Of a DNA stretch of 62,163 bases, positions 37,316-47,265 are shown piece after piece. The notes beneath the pieces are model-generated. The model had not been told where the DNA came from. It saw nothing but the letters and a program-made list of their open reading frames with translations, and did not search any database. How positions within the stretch are numbered: position 1 is the stretch's first letter; each line of letters begins with the position of its first letter. Source of the DNA: Deltaproteobacteria bacterium. GTDB lineage: Bacteria > Myxococcota_A > UBA9160 > UBA6930. Both the position numbers and the translations under genes were made by a program. The stretch lies in the NCBI GenBank assembly GCA_019312665.1, contig JAFDCZ010000005.1:1-62163 (forward strand). The letters are read 5' to 3'.

Positions 37316-38266
37316 ATGCCGATCAGCCTCAAGGGCCGGAGCCTGCTCACACTCCGCGATTTCACGCCGGACGAGATCGGGCTGATGGTCGATACGGCCG
37401 CCGACCTGAAGGCGGCGAAGCGGAGCGGTGTGTTCCCGCGCCGGCTCGCAGACCGCAATATCGCGATGATCTTCGAGAAGCCCTCCTGCCGCACGCGGGC
37501 ATCGTTCGCCGTGGCTGCGGCGGATGAGGGCGCGAACCTCGAAGTCCTGCCTCCCGAGGAGATCCGCTTCGGCCGCAAGGAATCGATCAAGGACGTTTCC
37601 CGGGTGCTCGGGCGGCTCTTCGACGGCATCGTCTGGCGAGGTTTCGAACACGACATCGTGAGGGAGCTGGCAGAACATGCCGGAGTTCCGGTCTGGAATG
37701 CACTTTCGGATGCCTACCATCCGACCCAGGTGTTGGCGGATCTCCTGACCGTGCGCGAGGTCTTCGGACGGCTTCGCGGGGTCCGGATCGGCTACGTAGG
37801 CGACGGACGGAACAACCAGGCCACATCGCTGATGATCGGCGCCGCGAAGATGGGCGTCGACCTGCGCATCCTGGCCCCCGAGCCGCTGGCGCCTTCCGAG
37901 GCCTTGGTGAAGGAGCTTCTGACCGAGGCCTCTGTCGGTGCCAACATCACTGTCACATCCGATCCCGAACGTGCCCTGGTGGGCTGCGAAGCCATCTACG
38001 GGGACGTCTGGGTCTCGATGGGGGAAGAGGATCTCATCGAGGAGCGGATCGCCTTGCTCCGCGATTTCAAGGTCACCCCGGAGATGATGGCGCTCACCGG
38101 ACGGCCCGACACGATCTACATGCACTGCCTGCCGGCGCTTCACGATCTCTCGACCGAGTTTGCGGCGGCCCACCCGGATGTCCGCGAAGTGGCGGACGAA
38201 GTCTTCGAGCAGGCGGAGAACCGCATGCATACCGCCAAGGCCGTCATGGTGCTCTCGGTCGGCTAG
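37316..38266 (+). CDS. argF: Ornithine carbamoyltransferase-family enzyme
   Basis: 316 aa. FEKPSCRTRASF (a variant of STRTR), HPTQVLAD, VWVSMG and HCLPA motifs. Confidence 0.88.
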   Translation: MPISLKGRSLLTLRDFTPDEIGLMVDTAADLKAAKRSGVFPRRLADRNIAMIFEKPSCRTRASFAVAAADEGANLEVLPPEEIRFGRKESIKDVSRVLGRLFDGIVWRGFEHDIVRELAEHAGVPVWNALSDAYHPTQVLADLLTVREVFGRLRGVRIGYVGDGRNNQATSLMIGAAKMGVDLRILAPEPLAPSEALVKELLTEASVGANITVTSDPERALVGCEAIYGDVWVSMGEEDLIEERIALLRDFKVTPEMMALTGRPDTIYMHCLPALHDLSTEFAAAHPDVREVADEVFEQAENRMHTAKAVMVLSVG

Positions 38267-38301
38267 CTCTTCGCCCTTCCTTCCAAGCTGAGAGGCCCCG
38301 C

Positions 38302-39342
38302 GTGCCCCGGAACCTGATGCCACCGCTCCCGGCGCAACCCGCCGAGGTGCTGTGGCCGACTGCAGCGTGGCCCGCCGGCGATCCTGAGAGCGATGTCGAC
38401 CGCGACGCGTTGGATCGTGTCTATCGCAAACTGATCGATGAGGCGGACGAAGAGCAGACCGGCGAAACCCACGCACTCCTCTTCGTGCACCGCGGTCGGC
38501 TGGTCGCCGAGGGCTACGACGCCGAACACGATCGCGACTCCCAGCTCATCTCCTGGTCCATGGCGAAGAGCATCACCCACGCGCTCGCCGGCATCCTGAT
38601 CCGCAAGGGCCAGCTCGATCCGAAGGCACCTCTTCCGATTCCAGCCTGGCGCAAGCCGGGCGACCCGCGCGGAGCCATTACCCTGGAGCACCTCTTCCGG
38701 ATGGTGGACGGCCTGGACTTCGTCGAGGAGTACGTGCCAGGCGGCGAATCTCACGTCATCGAGATGCTCTTCGAGAAAGGCAAGGAAGACGTCGCTGGTT
38801 ATGCGGCGGCCCGTTCCGCGAAACATTCGCCTGACACCTTCTGGAACTACTCGAGCGGTACCTCGAACATCCTTTCTCGAATCCTTTGCGAGGCCGTTGG
38901 CGGCGGCGAAGCAGGGATGCGGGCCTTCATGGAGCGCGAACTCTTCGGGCCCCTCGGCATGCGGGGAGCCGAGTCACGCTTCGATGCGGCTGGCACGTTC
39001 ATCGGCTCTTCCTACGTCTTCACCACCGCCCGGAACTTTGCCCGCTTCGGCCTGCTCTACCTGCGCGATGGCATCTGGGACGGCGAGCGCATTTTGCTGA
39101 AGGGCTGGGTCGACCACGCACGTCGATTGACACCCGCATCCTTCGATCAATACGGAGCCCAGTGGTGGCTCGCGCAGGATGGCTCCGGCCGCTTCTACGC
39201 CAGCGGCTTCCAAGGCCAGTACATCGTCGTCGATCCCGCGCGGGACCTCATCATGGTGCGACTCGGCCGGACGGACGCGTCCCTGCGTCCCAATGTCATC
39301 CACGCCCTTGCGGATGCAGTGCACGCGTTCCCAGCGCGCTGA
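38302..39342 (+). CDS. Serine hydrolase, beta-lactamase/transpeptidase-like family
   Basis: 346 aa. SWSMAKS contains the SxxK nucleophile motif. Paralogue of 46084..47265. Confidence 0.8.
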   Translation: MPRNLMPPLPAQPAEVLWPTAAWPAGDPESDVDRDALDRVYRKLIDEADEEQTGETHALLFVHRGRLVAEGYDAEHDRDSQLISWSMAKSITHALAGILIRKGQLDPKAPLPIPAWRKPGDPRGAITLEHLFRMVDGLDFVEEYVPGGESHVIEMLFEKGKEDVAGYAAARSAKHSPDTFWNYSSGTSNILSRILCEAVGGGEAGMRAFMERELFGPLGMRGAESRFDAAGTFIGSSYVFTTARNFARFGLLYLRDGIWDGERILLKGWVDHARRLTPASFDQYGAQWWLAQDGSGRFYASGFQGQYIVVDPARDLIMVRLGRTDASLRPNVIHALADAVHAFPAR

Positions 39343-39353
39343 CTGGACCCGGC

Positions 39354-40433
39354 CTAACCAGCCTCTGCCAACGCCCGTGCACAATCCGCCGGGAAGCCCG
39401 GGCCGTGGTAGATCATTCCCGTGTAGACCTCGACCAGATCCGCACCGGCCCGATGCAGCGCCACCGCATCTTCCGGGCGATCGACGCCTCCGACACCGAT
39501 CAGCAGCTGATCCTCGCGTCGAAGCTCTGCGAGCATCTTCACCCCCGCTACCGCCAGCGGGCGCAAAGGAGCCCCCGAGAGGCCACCGGGAAGCTGCGGA
39601 TCCGGGCTGAGCGAACGATCCCGGGCGAGGCCGATCGACGTATTGACCGCCACGAAGCCATCACAGGCCCCCGGCGCAGAAAGCGGCTCGGCACACGCGG
39701 CGATGCTGTCCGGCGTCCAAGGCTTGCCGTCCGCATCCTCGGGCGGAAGCTTCACGAGAAGAGGCGTTCGACCTGCCCGGCCTGCTGCGGCATCCAGTGC
39801 TCCGATCTCTTCACCGAGCGGCTCGATCAGCTCGTCGCGAAAGCCTGGGCCGTAGAGGAGATCCCGTAGGCCCCGGGTGTTGGGCGAACTCAGATTGACC
39901 ACGATGAGATCCGCCTCGGCGTGGAGCCCGCGTGCCAGGCAGGCCAGCTCTTCGCGAGCACGGTCCAGGAAGTTCGGGTCCTCACCCGCCGTCTTCACCG
40001 TGCGCGGATGGGGTGCGATGTTGCACGCGATCACCAGCCCGCTCCGATCCCGCTCTCGAAACCCGCGCAAACGTTCGGCCACAGGTTCCAAGCCGTCGCT
40101 CGTGAACCCCAGACGGTTCCAGACCGCGCGTTCTCCCGGAAGCCGACTCATGCGTGGCTTCGGGTTTCCGCCCCAGGGCTCGGTCAGGATGGTGCCAACC
40201 TCGACGAACCCCACCCCCATACGGGCGATGCCCGGAAGAACTGCCGCGTTCTTGTCGAAGCCCGCTGCAATTCCCACGCGATTGCGGAACCGGACCCCCT
40301 TCCACGTGAACGGATCCTGGGGTGGGCTCCCGCCCCAGGAGACGGGCAGCCGCAGGGTCCAATGCCCAAGCTGATGGGCCAGCTCCGTAGGCAGCGGACG
40401 GATGAACGGAAAGAGCCATTCGTAGATCGGCAT
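39354..40433 (-). CDS. pyrD: Dihydroorotate dehydrogenase (quinone), class 2
   Basis: 359 aa. GFVEVGTI, NRLGFTSDG, NLSSPNTRGLRDL and GVGG motifs. Confidence 0.9.
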   Translation of the reverse strand: MPIYEWLFPFIRPLPTELAHQLGHWTLRLPVSWGGSPPQDPFTWKGVRFRNRVGIAAGFDKNAAVLPGIARMGVGFVEVGTILTEPWGGNPKPRMSRLPGERAVWNRLGFTSDGLEPVAERLRGFRERDRSGLVIACNIAPHPRTVKTAGEDPNFLDRAREELACLARGLHAEADLIVVNLSSPNTRGLRDLLYGPGFRDELIEPLGEEIGALDAAAGRAGRTPLLVKLPPEDADGKPWTPDSIAACAEPLSAPGACDGFVAVNTSIGLARDRSLSPDPQLPGGLSGAPLRPLAVAGVKMLAELRREDQLLIGVGGVDRPEDAVALHRAGADLVEVYTGMIYHGPGFPADCARALAEAG

Positions 40434-40465
40434 CGACCGCGGAGGATAGCGAGGTCGGAGAGGCC

Positions 40466-41698
40466 TCAGGCGTCGAACACGACGGGCAGCGCGAGAGGAG
40501 AACGAAACATCCGGCCAGTGATGTGCGGGGCCTCAGCGTCAGGATCCAGGCGCAGACCGGGCAGCTGCTCGAACAGCGTTTCGAGGAGAATCCGGGTCTC
40601 CATCCGCGCCAGATGCATCCCCAGACACGTATGCGGCCCGAACGCGAAGGACGAATGATGCAAACGGGGCCGATGGATGTCGAACCGATCAGGGTTCTCC
40701 CAGCGGGTCTCGTCCCGGTTGGCCGCACCGAGGCAGACGTGGACCGGTGTGCCGGCCGGGATCTTCACGCCACAGATCTCGGCATCTCGAGCCGCCGTCC
40801 GCTGAATGCCCGTCAGGGGGCACTCCCATCGAAGGCCCTCCTCGATCGCGGCGGGAATCAGGCCTGGATCGCTCCGGACAGCCTCCCATTGTTCCGGGTC
40901 CGAGAGCAGCCCCAGGAGCAGATTGCTCGACGAACGATAGGTGGTCTCTGCACCCGCCGGCGCAAGCAGCCGCAGGAAGGCGTAGATCTGCTCATCGTCG
41001 AGCCGGGTCCCGTCGAGTTCCGCCATGGCGAGCTCGCTCATCAGATCGTCGCGTGGGGCCCGCCGGCGCTCGGCGAGGACTCCGGAGAAGAGTTCACGCA
41101 AGCCTGCCGAAGCCGCCATTCCGAGCGCCGGATCGAAGGCAATCATGATCAATTCGAGGGCGAGGCGATGGAACGTCGCATGCGTCTCCTCGGGCAGGCC
41201 GATCATTCCGCAGATGACGCGGACCGGGAACGGGAAGGTCAGATCACGCACCAGATCGCCTCGGCCCTTGGAGCGGATCTCCGCAACACAGCCCTCGATG
41301 AGTGGACGCACGAGCTCGTTTTCCCAGCGATCGAGCTGACGGCGATTGAACGCGGATTGGATCAACCCCCGGTACTTGAAGTGCTCGGGCTCATCCATCT
41401 CCAGGATCGAGTGGCCCATCACGAGGCCCATCGTGTTGGCGTACGCCGAAGACGAAAAAGTCTCCCCGTCGCGCAGCACTTCGACGACCGCATCGAACGA
41501 CAGAGGGACCGCGATCTGGTCAGGACTCCCCGGCATCAGCATGCCCGACTCGAAGAACTCGGTAGGTGGGACCAGCCAGACCGGTGTCTCACGGCGTTTC
41601 TTCGCCCATTCGGGATACGGATCGGGCGCCGCGTTGGCACCTTGCAGACGATTGAATCGATCGAAGGCATCGTTCGGCGTGAGATCGGGAGCGGCCAT
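40466..41698 (-). CDS. Cytochrome P450
   Basis: 410 aa. Heme loop FAFGPHTCLGMHLA, and AGAETT in the I-helix. Confidence 0.9.
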   Translation of the reverse strand: MAAPDLTPNDAFDRFNRLQGANAAPDPYPEWAKKRRETPVWLVPPTEFFESGMLMPGSPDQIAVPLSFDAVVEVLRDGETFSSSAYANTMGLVMGHSILEMDEPEHFKYRGLIQSAFNRRQLDRWENELVRPLIEGCVAEIRSKGRGDLVRDLTFPFPVRVICGMIGLPEETHATFHRLALELIMIAFDPALGMAASAGLRELFSGVLAERRRAPRDDLMSELAMAELDGTRLDDEQIYAFLRLLAPAGAETTYRSSSNLLLGLLSDPEQWEAVRSDPGLIPAAIEEGLRWECPLTGIQRTAARDAEICGVKIPAGTPVHVCLGAANRDETRWENPDRFDIHRPRLHHSSFAFGPHTCLGMHLARMETRILLETLFEQLPGLRLDPDAEAPHITGRMFRSPLALPVVFDA

Positions 41699-41714
41699 CG
41701 GGGACCTCGTGGGT

Positions 41715-42350
41715 TCAGCTGGCGTCCTCGCCTAGAAGCCGACGCGTGATGCGAAGCAGCTCCTGACGATGGGCTTCCAGGTGTTCCGGTGAAGAAGGAT
41801 TGAACTCGAGATCGGGAACCAGGGCCGGCATCGCGCCCAGGAAGAAGAGCGTGGCGCCAGCGATCGCGCTTGCGAGATGCGCGGCGTCGATCCCGGAGGC
41901 GCTAGAGCTGGCCGCTCCCGCTTGATCGACCATCGACTCGGCAAGGGCGCGAAACGGCTTCGTATGCGCGACCACCCCCGGCGCCGAACCCGGTTCCGCC
42001 TCGACGGCGTCGCGCAGCAGCAGGCGCGCGAGGTTCGGGCGCCCGCCGAGGTACGCGACCCAGACGGACACGGCGGCCTCGATCCGCTCTCCAAGCGATC
42101 CCTCGGCAACCAGCGCCTCACGCAGCTGATCCAACAGGCCACCCAGGGCATCTCCGAGCACCGCGTCGTAGAGCTCGGCCTTTCCGCGGAAGTAGTAGAC
42201 GATCGATGCCCGCCGGATTCCGACCGCAGCCGCCACATCCTCGAGACGAGTGCCGCGAAACCCACGCTCGGCGAACAAGCGCTCGGCAGAAGCCAGAATG
42301 GCGGCGCGGGTGCGCTCGGCCTTGGGGGTCAGCTCGATGGCGGCAGACAT
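41715..42350 (-). CDS. TetR family transcriptional regulator
   Basis: 211 aa. N-terminal HTH region RAAILASAERLFAERGFRGTRLEDVAAAVGIRRASIVYYF. Confidence 0.9.
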   Translation of the reverse strand: MSAAIELTPKAERTRAAILASAERLFAERGFRGTRLEDVAAAVGIRRASIVYYFRGKAELYDAVLGDALGGLLDQLREALVAEGSLGERIEAAVSVWVAYLGGRPNLARLLLRDAVEAEPGSAPGVVAHTKPFRALAESMVDQAGAASSSASGIDAAHLASAIAGATLFFLGAMPALVPDLEFNPSSPEHLEAHRQELLRITRRLLGEDAS

Positions 42351-42362
42351 GAGATATTTCTA

Positions 42363-42374
42363 CCTGCGCGCAGG
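42363..42374. promoter_or_regulatory. 12-bp perfect palindrome CCTGCGCGCAGG just upstream of the TetR start (candidate operator)
   Basis: Read directly from the sequence. Extends imperfectly to TACCTGCGCGCAGGCA. Confidence 0.3.
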
Positions 42375-42476
42375 CAGAATATCAAGAGACGTTTCCAGGA
42401 GATCGAAGCCGTCGGAAGAACCGCCTCGATACGTCTGAGCCCGCTCAGAGCTCCTCCAGGGCGCCCAAATGCAGCG

Positions 42477-43691
42477 TCAAAGCAGCTCGAGCCCTGGGAA
42501 CGCCGTCCGCTCCGGCTCGAGGCAGTGGCTGAGAAACACCGCCAGCCCCCCATCGCCGCTCCACAACGTGAATCGGCCCTGGCCGTAGCGGGCGCGGGCG
42601 CGCCGCCGCTGCCGAACCCCATGCATCGCGAAGACGCGCGCCCGATCGAGCCAGCGAGCCTCCCCCGTGCGCTGGGCCAGGCCGAGGAAGGCGTACCCGT
42701 TGCCTGCAGTGCCATGGCAAAGGCCCGGGCCTTTGCGAAGCGGGCCAGCCTTCCACACGAACTCGCCCGCACGGAGGAGCAAGCAGTCCAACTCTTGCAT
42801 CGGCGGAGCCTTGGCGAGGGCCGTCACGACGCCCGGTGCACCATGACACCATTGGACGAGGCGCCGCGTTCCCAAGGCGTCCTCGCTCACCGGCCAGTTC
42901 AGGCCTTCTCCCTCCTCGAGCGCACCGCCGAGCAGTGTTCGCGCAACCCGCCGAACGATCGTCTCCGCATCGAGCTCGGGCAAGAACTCCAACGCGCGCA
43001 GCAACGCGCCGCCGTTGCCCGCCACGCCATGGCAGGCTCCGTAGTACGAACGTTGGAATCCGAACACGTGGCTGGTCCAATGCCAGTGGCCGTTCGCTCG
43101 CTCTTCCCAGCTTTGAACCAACGAGCGGGCGAGTCGCTCGGACTGGCGCTGCCATCGTGGGTCGGCCGTGGCGCGGAACAAGGTCAGCGCAGCGTGGAGC
43201 GCACCGGTTTCGCCGGAGGTGATCTCTCGCGCCGGGTGCCCCAGGATTCCCTCCATCGCGCGTTCCAACCGATCGCCGAGTGGCCGGTCCGACGGATCGG
43301 CGAGCACCGCAGGCGCGAGGATTCCGATCTCCCCCATCTGAAGGCCGGTCTCGAGTTCGCGATCCGGCTCCTTCCGATAGGCGTCTGCAATCTCCACCAA
43401 CGAAGACGAGAGATCCGGTGCGTCGTAGCCAGCCGCCCGCAGGATACGAAGACTGCTGACCGCGCCCGCCGCTCCAAAGTACGAGGTCCAATGCCGCTCG
43501 TTGCCCGGCAGCTCACCGCCGTCGAGGAGATGGGTCGGCCAGCTGCCGTCCGCACGTCGGGAGGTCACGAAATCTGCCACGATCTCGTCGATCGCGGTCC
43601 TCGCAAGCGCCGCATCCCAGGGCCCACCCGCAAGGGGTTGGTGCCGCTCCGGGTCGAATACACCTTCCGGGTCGGGGACGTCTTCGCTCAC
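42477..43691 (-). CDS. LanC-like (lanthionine synthetase C-like) protein, stand-alone
   Basis: GTG at 43691 overlaps the thiolase stop (GTGA). The three zinc-ligand/GxxG motifs of LanC are present: YYGACHGVAGNG, QWCHGAPGVV and GLCHGTAGNGYAFL. Confidence 0.8.
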   Translation of the reverse strand: MSEDVPDPEGVFDPERHQPLAGGPWDAALARTAIDEIVADFVTSRRADGSWPTHLLDGGELPGNERHWTSYFGAAGAVSSLRILRAAGYDAPDLSSSLVEIADAYRKEPDRELETGLQMGEIGILAPAVLADPSDRPLGDRLERAMEGILGHPAREITSGETGALHAALTLFRATADPRWQRQSERLARSLVQSWEERANGHWHWTSHVFGFQRSYYGACHGVAGNGGALLRALEFLPELDAETIVRRVARTLLGGALEEGEGLNWPVSEDALGTRRLVQWCHGAPGVVTALAKAPPMQELDCLLLRAGEFVWKAGPLRKGPGLCHGTAGNGYAFLGLAQRTGEARWLDRARVFAMHGVRQRRRARARYGQGRFTLWSGDGGLAVFLSHCLEPERTAFPGLELL

Positions 43692-44881
43692 GTGGCCGTG
43701 AGCAGCAGACAACCTGCCAACGGCCCGCCACCGGCGGCGGCGACGGCCACCTGCGGGTCGCCCGGCACCTGTCGCTCGCCGGCTTCGTTCCATAGCTGCA
43801 CGCAGGCTTCATGCAGGAAGCCGTAGCCGTGCAGGCGGCCAGCGGAGAGCTGCCCACCGTGGGTGTTCAGCGGTAGCTCTCCGGCAAGTCCGATGCGTTC
43901 TCCCCCTTCGATGAAAGAGCCGCCCTCCCCCCTCCCGCAGAAGCCCAACGCCTCGAGCCAGGCCAGCGTGATGAAGCTGAAACCATCGTAGAGCTCCGCC
44001 ACATCGACATCGGCCGGCGTGAGCTGCGTGTCTTCCCAGAGTGCGCGACCCGCATCCCGCAACGCCATCGTCGTGAGATCGTCGAATTGATCCCAGGAGG
44101 GACGGCCCTTTAGGGCGGTTCCGACCGACTCGACGAAGAGCGGTGTGCGACGAAGATCTCCGCCGAGCTCCGCCCGCGAAACGATGAAGGCGGTCGCACC
44201 ATCGACGGGCACATCACAATCGTACAGGCAGAGTGGCGTCGAGATCATGCGCACCGCGAGGTAGTCCTCCAGCGTCATCGGCTCCCGATAGATCGCCTTT
44301 GGATTCAGCGCCGCGTTGCGTCTGGCATTCAAGGCGATCCAGGCCAGCTGTTCCCGGGTCGTACCGAACTCATGGAAATGGCGTTGGGCATAGAGGGCAA
44401 TCCAGTTGGCGGCCGAGTACGCGCGGAACGGAATCGTGTACTCCATCATCCCGGTCATGCGCGCGCCGCCACCCCCTGCTCCGCCGCCCACGCCGAGCCC
44501 CTGGCGCCGGCCCTTGCCTTGCGCCGTGGCCTCCCACACCGACCGGAAGCAGAGCACGTGGTTCGCCATGCCGCAGGCCACCGCCATGCAAGCCTCGACC
44601 ACCGAACCCAGCTGACCCGGGTGCTCCGGCCCGCCGTTGAACCAGCGTAGGGGCAGGCGCAACGCGTCGTGGACATCGCTGATGCCGGCGCCGGAGAAAC
44701 CGGCCGGACCCATCGCGCCTGGATAGGTCGAGAGCCCGTCGATCTGCTCGCGGGTCAGCCCGGCATCCTCGATGGCTGCCAGACATGCATCCAGGGTGAG
44801 ATCCAGCGGATCGCGCATCAGGCGCCGTCCCACCTCGGACTGGCCGATGCCGGTGATCGCAGCCTTGCGACGAAGACTCAT
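43688..44881 (-). CDS. Thiolase-like protein, SCP-x / lipid-transfer (Ltp) type
   Basis: ATG at 44881 (ATGA overlap with the DUF35 gene) gives MSLRRKAAITGIGQSEVGRR.... The C-terminal NTHGGQLSAGRLHGYGFLHEA is typical of DUF35-partnered thiolases. Confidence 0.85.
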   Translation of the reverse strand: MSLRRKAAITGIGQSEVGRRLMRDPLDLTLDACLAAIEDAGLTREQIDGLSTYPGAMGPAGFSGAGISDVHDALRLPLRWFNGGPEHPGQLGSVVEACMAVACGMANHVLCFRSVWEATAQGKGRRQGLGVGGGAGGGGARMTGMMEYTIPFRAYSAANWIALYAQRHFHEFGTTREQLAWIALNARRNAALNPKAIYREPMTLEDYLAVRMISTPLCLYDCDVPVDGATAFIVSRAELGGDLRRTPLFVESVGTALKGRPSWDQFDDLTTMALRDAGRALWEDTQLTPADVDVAELYDGFSFITLAWLEALGFCGRGEGGSFIEGGERIGLAGELPLNTHGGQLSAGRLHGYGFLHEACVQLWNEAGERQVPGDPQVAVAAAGGGPLAGCLLLTAT

Positions 44882-45312
44882 CTGCCGACGCCCCTGCGCA
44901 GCTTCGGATCGGCGGGTTCGAACAAGGGAAACCACACATCCTCGTGTTGCTCGAACACGACCTGGACGGCCATTCCGATCGCGACGTCTTCGCCGGCCAC
45001 GTGCACCAGGTTCGTCATCAGCCGCAAACCCTCTTGCTCTTCGATCTCGACGATCGCGATCGGATAGGGGTGGTCCGGGCTCGGAACCCAGGGCTGGTGG
45101 TTGAAGGTGTAGGTCAACACGCTGGCGCGCCCCGAGACGGCCTCGACCGAGAGCTCTTTCGAAAGGCAGGCCGGGCAGCGCGGGGAGGTCGGATGAATCC
45201 AGGTACCGCACGGCGTACAGCGCAGGAACTGGAGCCGGCCATGCTCGCCACCACGCCAGAAGTGCGAGTTGGCATCGGTGACCCTGGGCAACACACGAAA
45301 CGGTTGCTCCAC
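44878..45312 (-). CDS. DUF35 Zn-ribbon/OB-fold protein (thiolase partner)
   Basis: 144 aa. FWRGGEHGRLQFLRCTPCGTWIHPTSPRCPACLS is the rubredoxin-like CxxC...CxxC, followed by an OB fold (VLTYTF...IAIVEIEE). Confidence 0.85.
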   Translation of the reverse strand: MEQPFRVLPRVTDANSHFWRGGEHGRLQFLRCTPCGTWIHPTSPRCPACLSKELSVEAVSGRASVLTYTFNHQPWVPSPDHPYPIAIVEIEEQEGLRLMTNLVHVAGEDVAIGMAVQVVFEQHEDVWFPLFEPADPKLRRGVGR

Positions 45313-45315
45313 CGG

Positions 45316-46011
45316 CTAGTGGCCCAGGCTCTTGACGATCACCTCGGAGAGTGGCGTCGAGTGCATCGCTTCCATGTCCCCGTAGAGAGGCAGTTCCTCC
45401 ACCGTGCGCTTCAAGGCTTCCGGCGATCCGTAGAGGCGAGCAGGATCCGTGTAGTCGAGAACGTCACGGAAGCGCTCGGCCACGATGGCCCGGATCGGCG
45501 GCGAACCGGGCGTCAGTACCCGCGCAACCGCGTTGCGAACGTATTCCCAGCGCAGTGGATGCAGCGCCGCCGAGGCCGGCGTATGGATGACGTGCCAGCC
45601 GTGGTAGAACGCTTCGTCCGAGAGCCGCTCCGGCTTCGGAAACCAGGTGAAATGGGTCACCCCGGGGCTCAGCGTGCCATCCGCCCAATCGCGATCGAGA
45701 CACGGCTGCGGCACGGATTCGGTGACGAGATACCCATCCAGGCGGATCGCCTGCTCGCGAAGGGCTTCCTCGACCGGGCCGCGATCGTCCAGGGAGCGCA
45801 TCCACACCGCCACGGCAGCGGAAAGCGTGGCGCCCTCTCCCATCAGCAGGGTCGGCTTGGGAATCGCCTGCTGGGTATCGGCCACGCTGACGTTCAGTGC
45901 GCACGCACCCGCCGCGAGGATCCGCGGAGAGACTTCCTCGAGTAGATGCTTGCGGTAGGCGTCGATCGTCAGCCCATCGCGCTTCCAGCTGAGGTAGATC
46001 AGCTTCTCCAA
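45316..46011 (-). CDS. Hypothetical protein, possibly a tandem EthD-like domain protein
   Basis: 231-aa ORF at the head of the DUF35/thiolase/LanC-like gene string. The EthD-like assignment is a guess based on its beta-alpha-beta-like repeats. Confidence 0.4.
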   Translation of the reverse strand: MEKLIYLSWKRDGLTIDAYRKHLLEEVSPRILAAGACALNVSVADTQQAIPKPTLLMGEGATLSAAVAVWMRSLDDRGPVEEALREQAIRLDGYLVTESVPQPCLDRDWADGTLSPGVTHFTWFPKPERLSDEAFYHGWHVIHTPASAALHPLRWEYVRNAVARVLTPGSPPIRAIVAERFRDVLDYTDPARLYGSPEALKRTVEELPLYGDMEAMHSTPLSEVIVKSLGH

Positions 46012-46083
46012 CGGTTGGTCCCCTTCGATCGCCCCGGATGCGATGCGAGGCCATTCTATGGGAGACGTCCAATCGTTGCCGCG

Positions 46084-47265
46084 GTGAATTCACGCCTTGT
46101 CGATCCGGCCCCGGGGGCCCACCTTCCGGTCGTGCCCATCCTGCTCCTCGCCAGCCTGCTCCTGCTCGTGCCCGCGGGAGGAGGCGCCGAGGCCCTGGTG
46201 CCCCTCCCCCCCCAACCCGCGAAGATCGCCTGGCCAAGCGTTGCATGGCCGGAAACGGAACTCGCGCCGAACGTCGATTCGGACGCCCTGGCTGCGGCGG
46301 TCGAGACGATTTTCGAGACCCAGCCGGTCGGGGGCCTTCCGGACACCCGTGCCGTGTTGATCGTCCAGGGCGGCGAGATCGTGTTCGAGCGTTACGCGAA
46401 AGGTTTCGGCCCGGAGTCCCGCTTCCATTCCTGGTCGATGGCCAAGAGCTTCGTGCAATGCCTCGTCGCGCTGCTGGTCCGCGAAGGCCGACTCGAGGTC
46501 GACGCTCCGGCTCCCGTGCCGACCTGGAGCGAAGCAGATGATCCACGCCACCGCCTCAGCCTCCGCCACCTGCTCAACATGACCACAGGGCTCGACAATG
46601 CAGACGGCGGATCCGACCCGCAGGCCTTCGTCGGCCAACTCTTGTTCGGCCCGAACGCGCAAGACATGGCCGGCCATGCCGCCAACGTCCGCTTCCTGCA
46701 TGACCCCGGGACCCATTGGACCTACTCGACGGGTACCAGTGCGATCCTCGGCGGAATCGTCTCGCGCATTACCGGCCCCAGCCGGGAAGCCACCCGAGCT
46801 TGGATGGAAAAAGAACTGCTCGACCCTCTCGGCATCAAGAGCCTCGTTGCTGAATCCGACAGCCGCGACCAACTGGTCGGTGGCAGCCACGTCTGGGCAA
46901 CGGCGCGAGATTGGGCGCGTCTCGGGCTGCTCTACCTGCGCGGCGGCGAGTGGGACGGCCAGCGCATCTTGCCTGCAGGTTGGGTCGACTTCACGCGCAC
47001 CCGTGCGCCGGCCGACAACAACGGAACCTACGGCGCCCACTTCTGGCTGAATCTTCCAGCCCGCGAGAAGCAGTTCGATCCTCTACCGGGCGGGCCCGCC
47101 AGCGCGTTTCAGATGAGCGGCAACGGTGGCCAGTACGTCGCCATGGTTCCGGAACGTGACCTGATGGTCCTGCGCCTCGGCGAGATGATGGCGACCGATT
47201 GGCCCAGCATGGGCCGCCAGATGGCCGCGTTGATCGCCGCCTTCCCCACTCCGGCCGCGCCGTGA
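46084..47265 (+). CDS. Serine hydrolase, beta-lactamase/transpeptidase-like family, secreted
   Basis: GTG at 46084 gives a signal-like N-terminus ([22 protein letters not shown]). Carries the SWSMAKS SxxK motif. Collinear similarity to 38302..39342 is visible in the translations. Confidence 0.8.
   Translation: MNSRLVDPAPGAHLPVVPILLLASLLLLVPAGGGAEALVPLPPQPAKIAWPSVAWPETELAPNVDSDALAAAVETIFETQPVGGLPDTRAVLIVQGGEIVFERYAKGFGPESRFHSWSMAKSFVQCLVALLVREGRLEVDAPAPVPTWSEADDPRHRLSLRHLLNMTTGLDNADGGSDPQAFVGQLLFGPNAQDMAGHAANVRFLHDPGTHWTYSTGTSAILGGIVSRITGPSREATRAWMEKELLDPLGIKSLVAESDSRDQLVGGSHVWATARDWARLGLLYLRGGEWDGQRILPAGWVDFTRTRAPADNNGTYGAHFWLNLPAREKQFDPLPGGPASAFQMSGNGGQYVAMVPERDLMVLRLGEMMATDWPSMGRQMAALIAAFPTPAAP

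Noticed and set aside
42436-42451. A small hairpin TCTGAGC-cc-GCTCAGA downstream of the LanC-like gene.
   Set aside because: The loop is too small, there is no U-tract, and the stem is only 6-7 bp. This is not convincing as a terminator.
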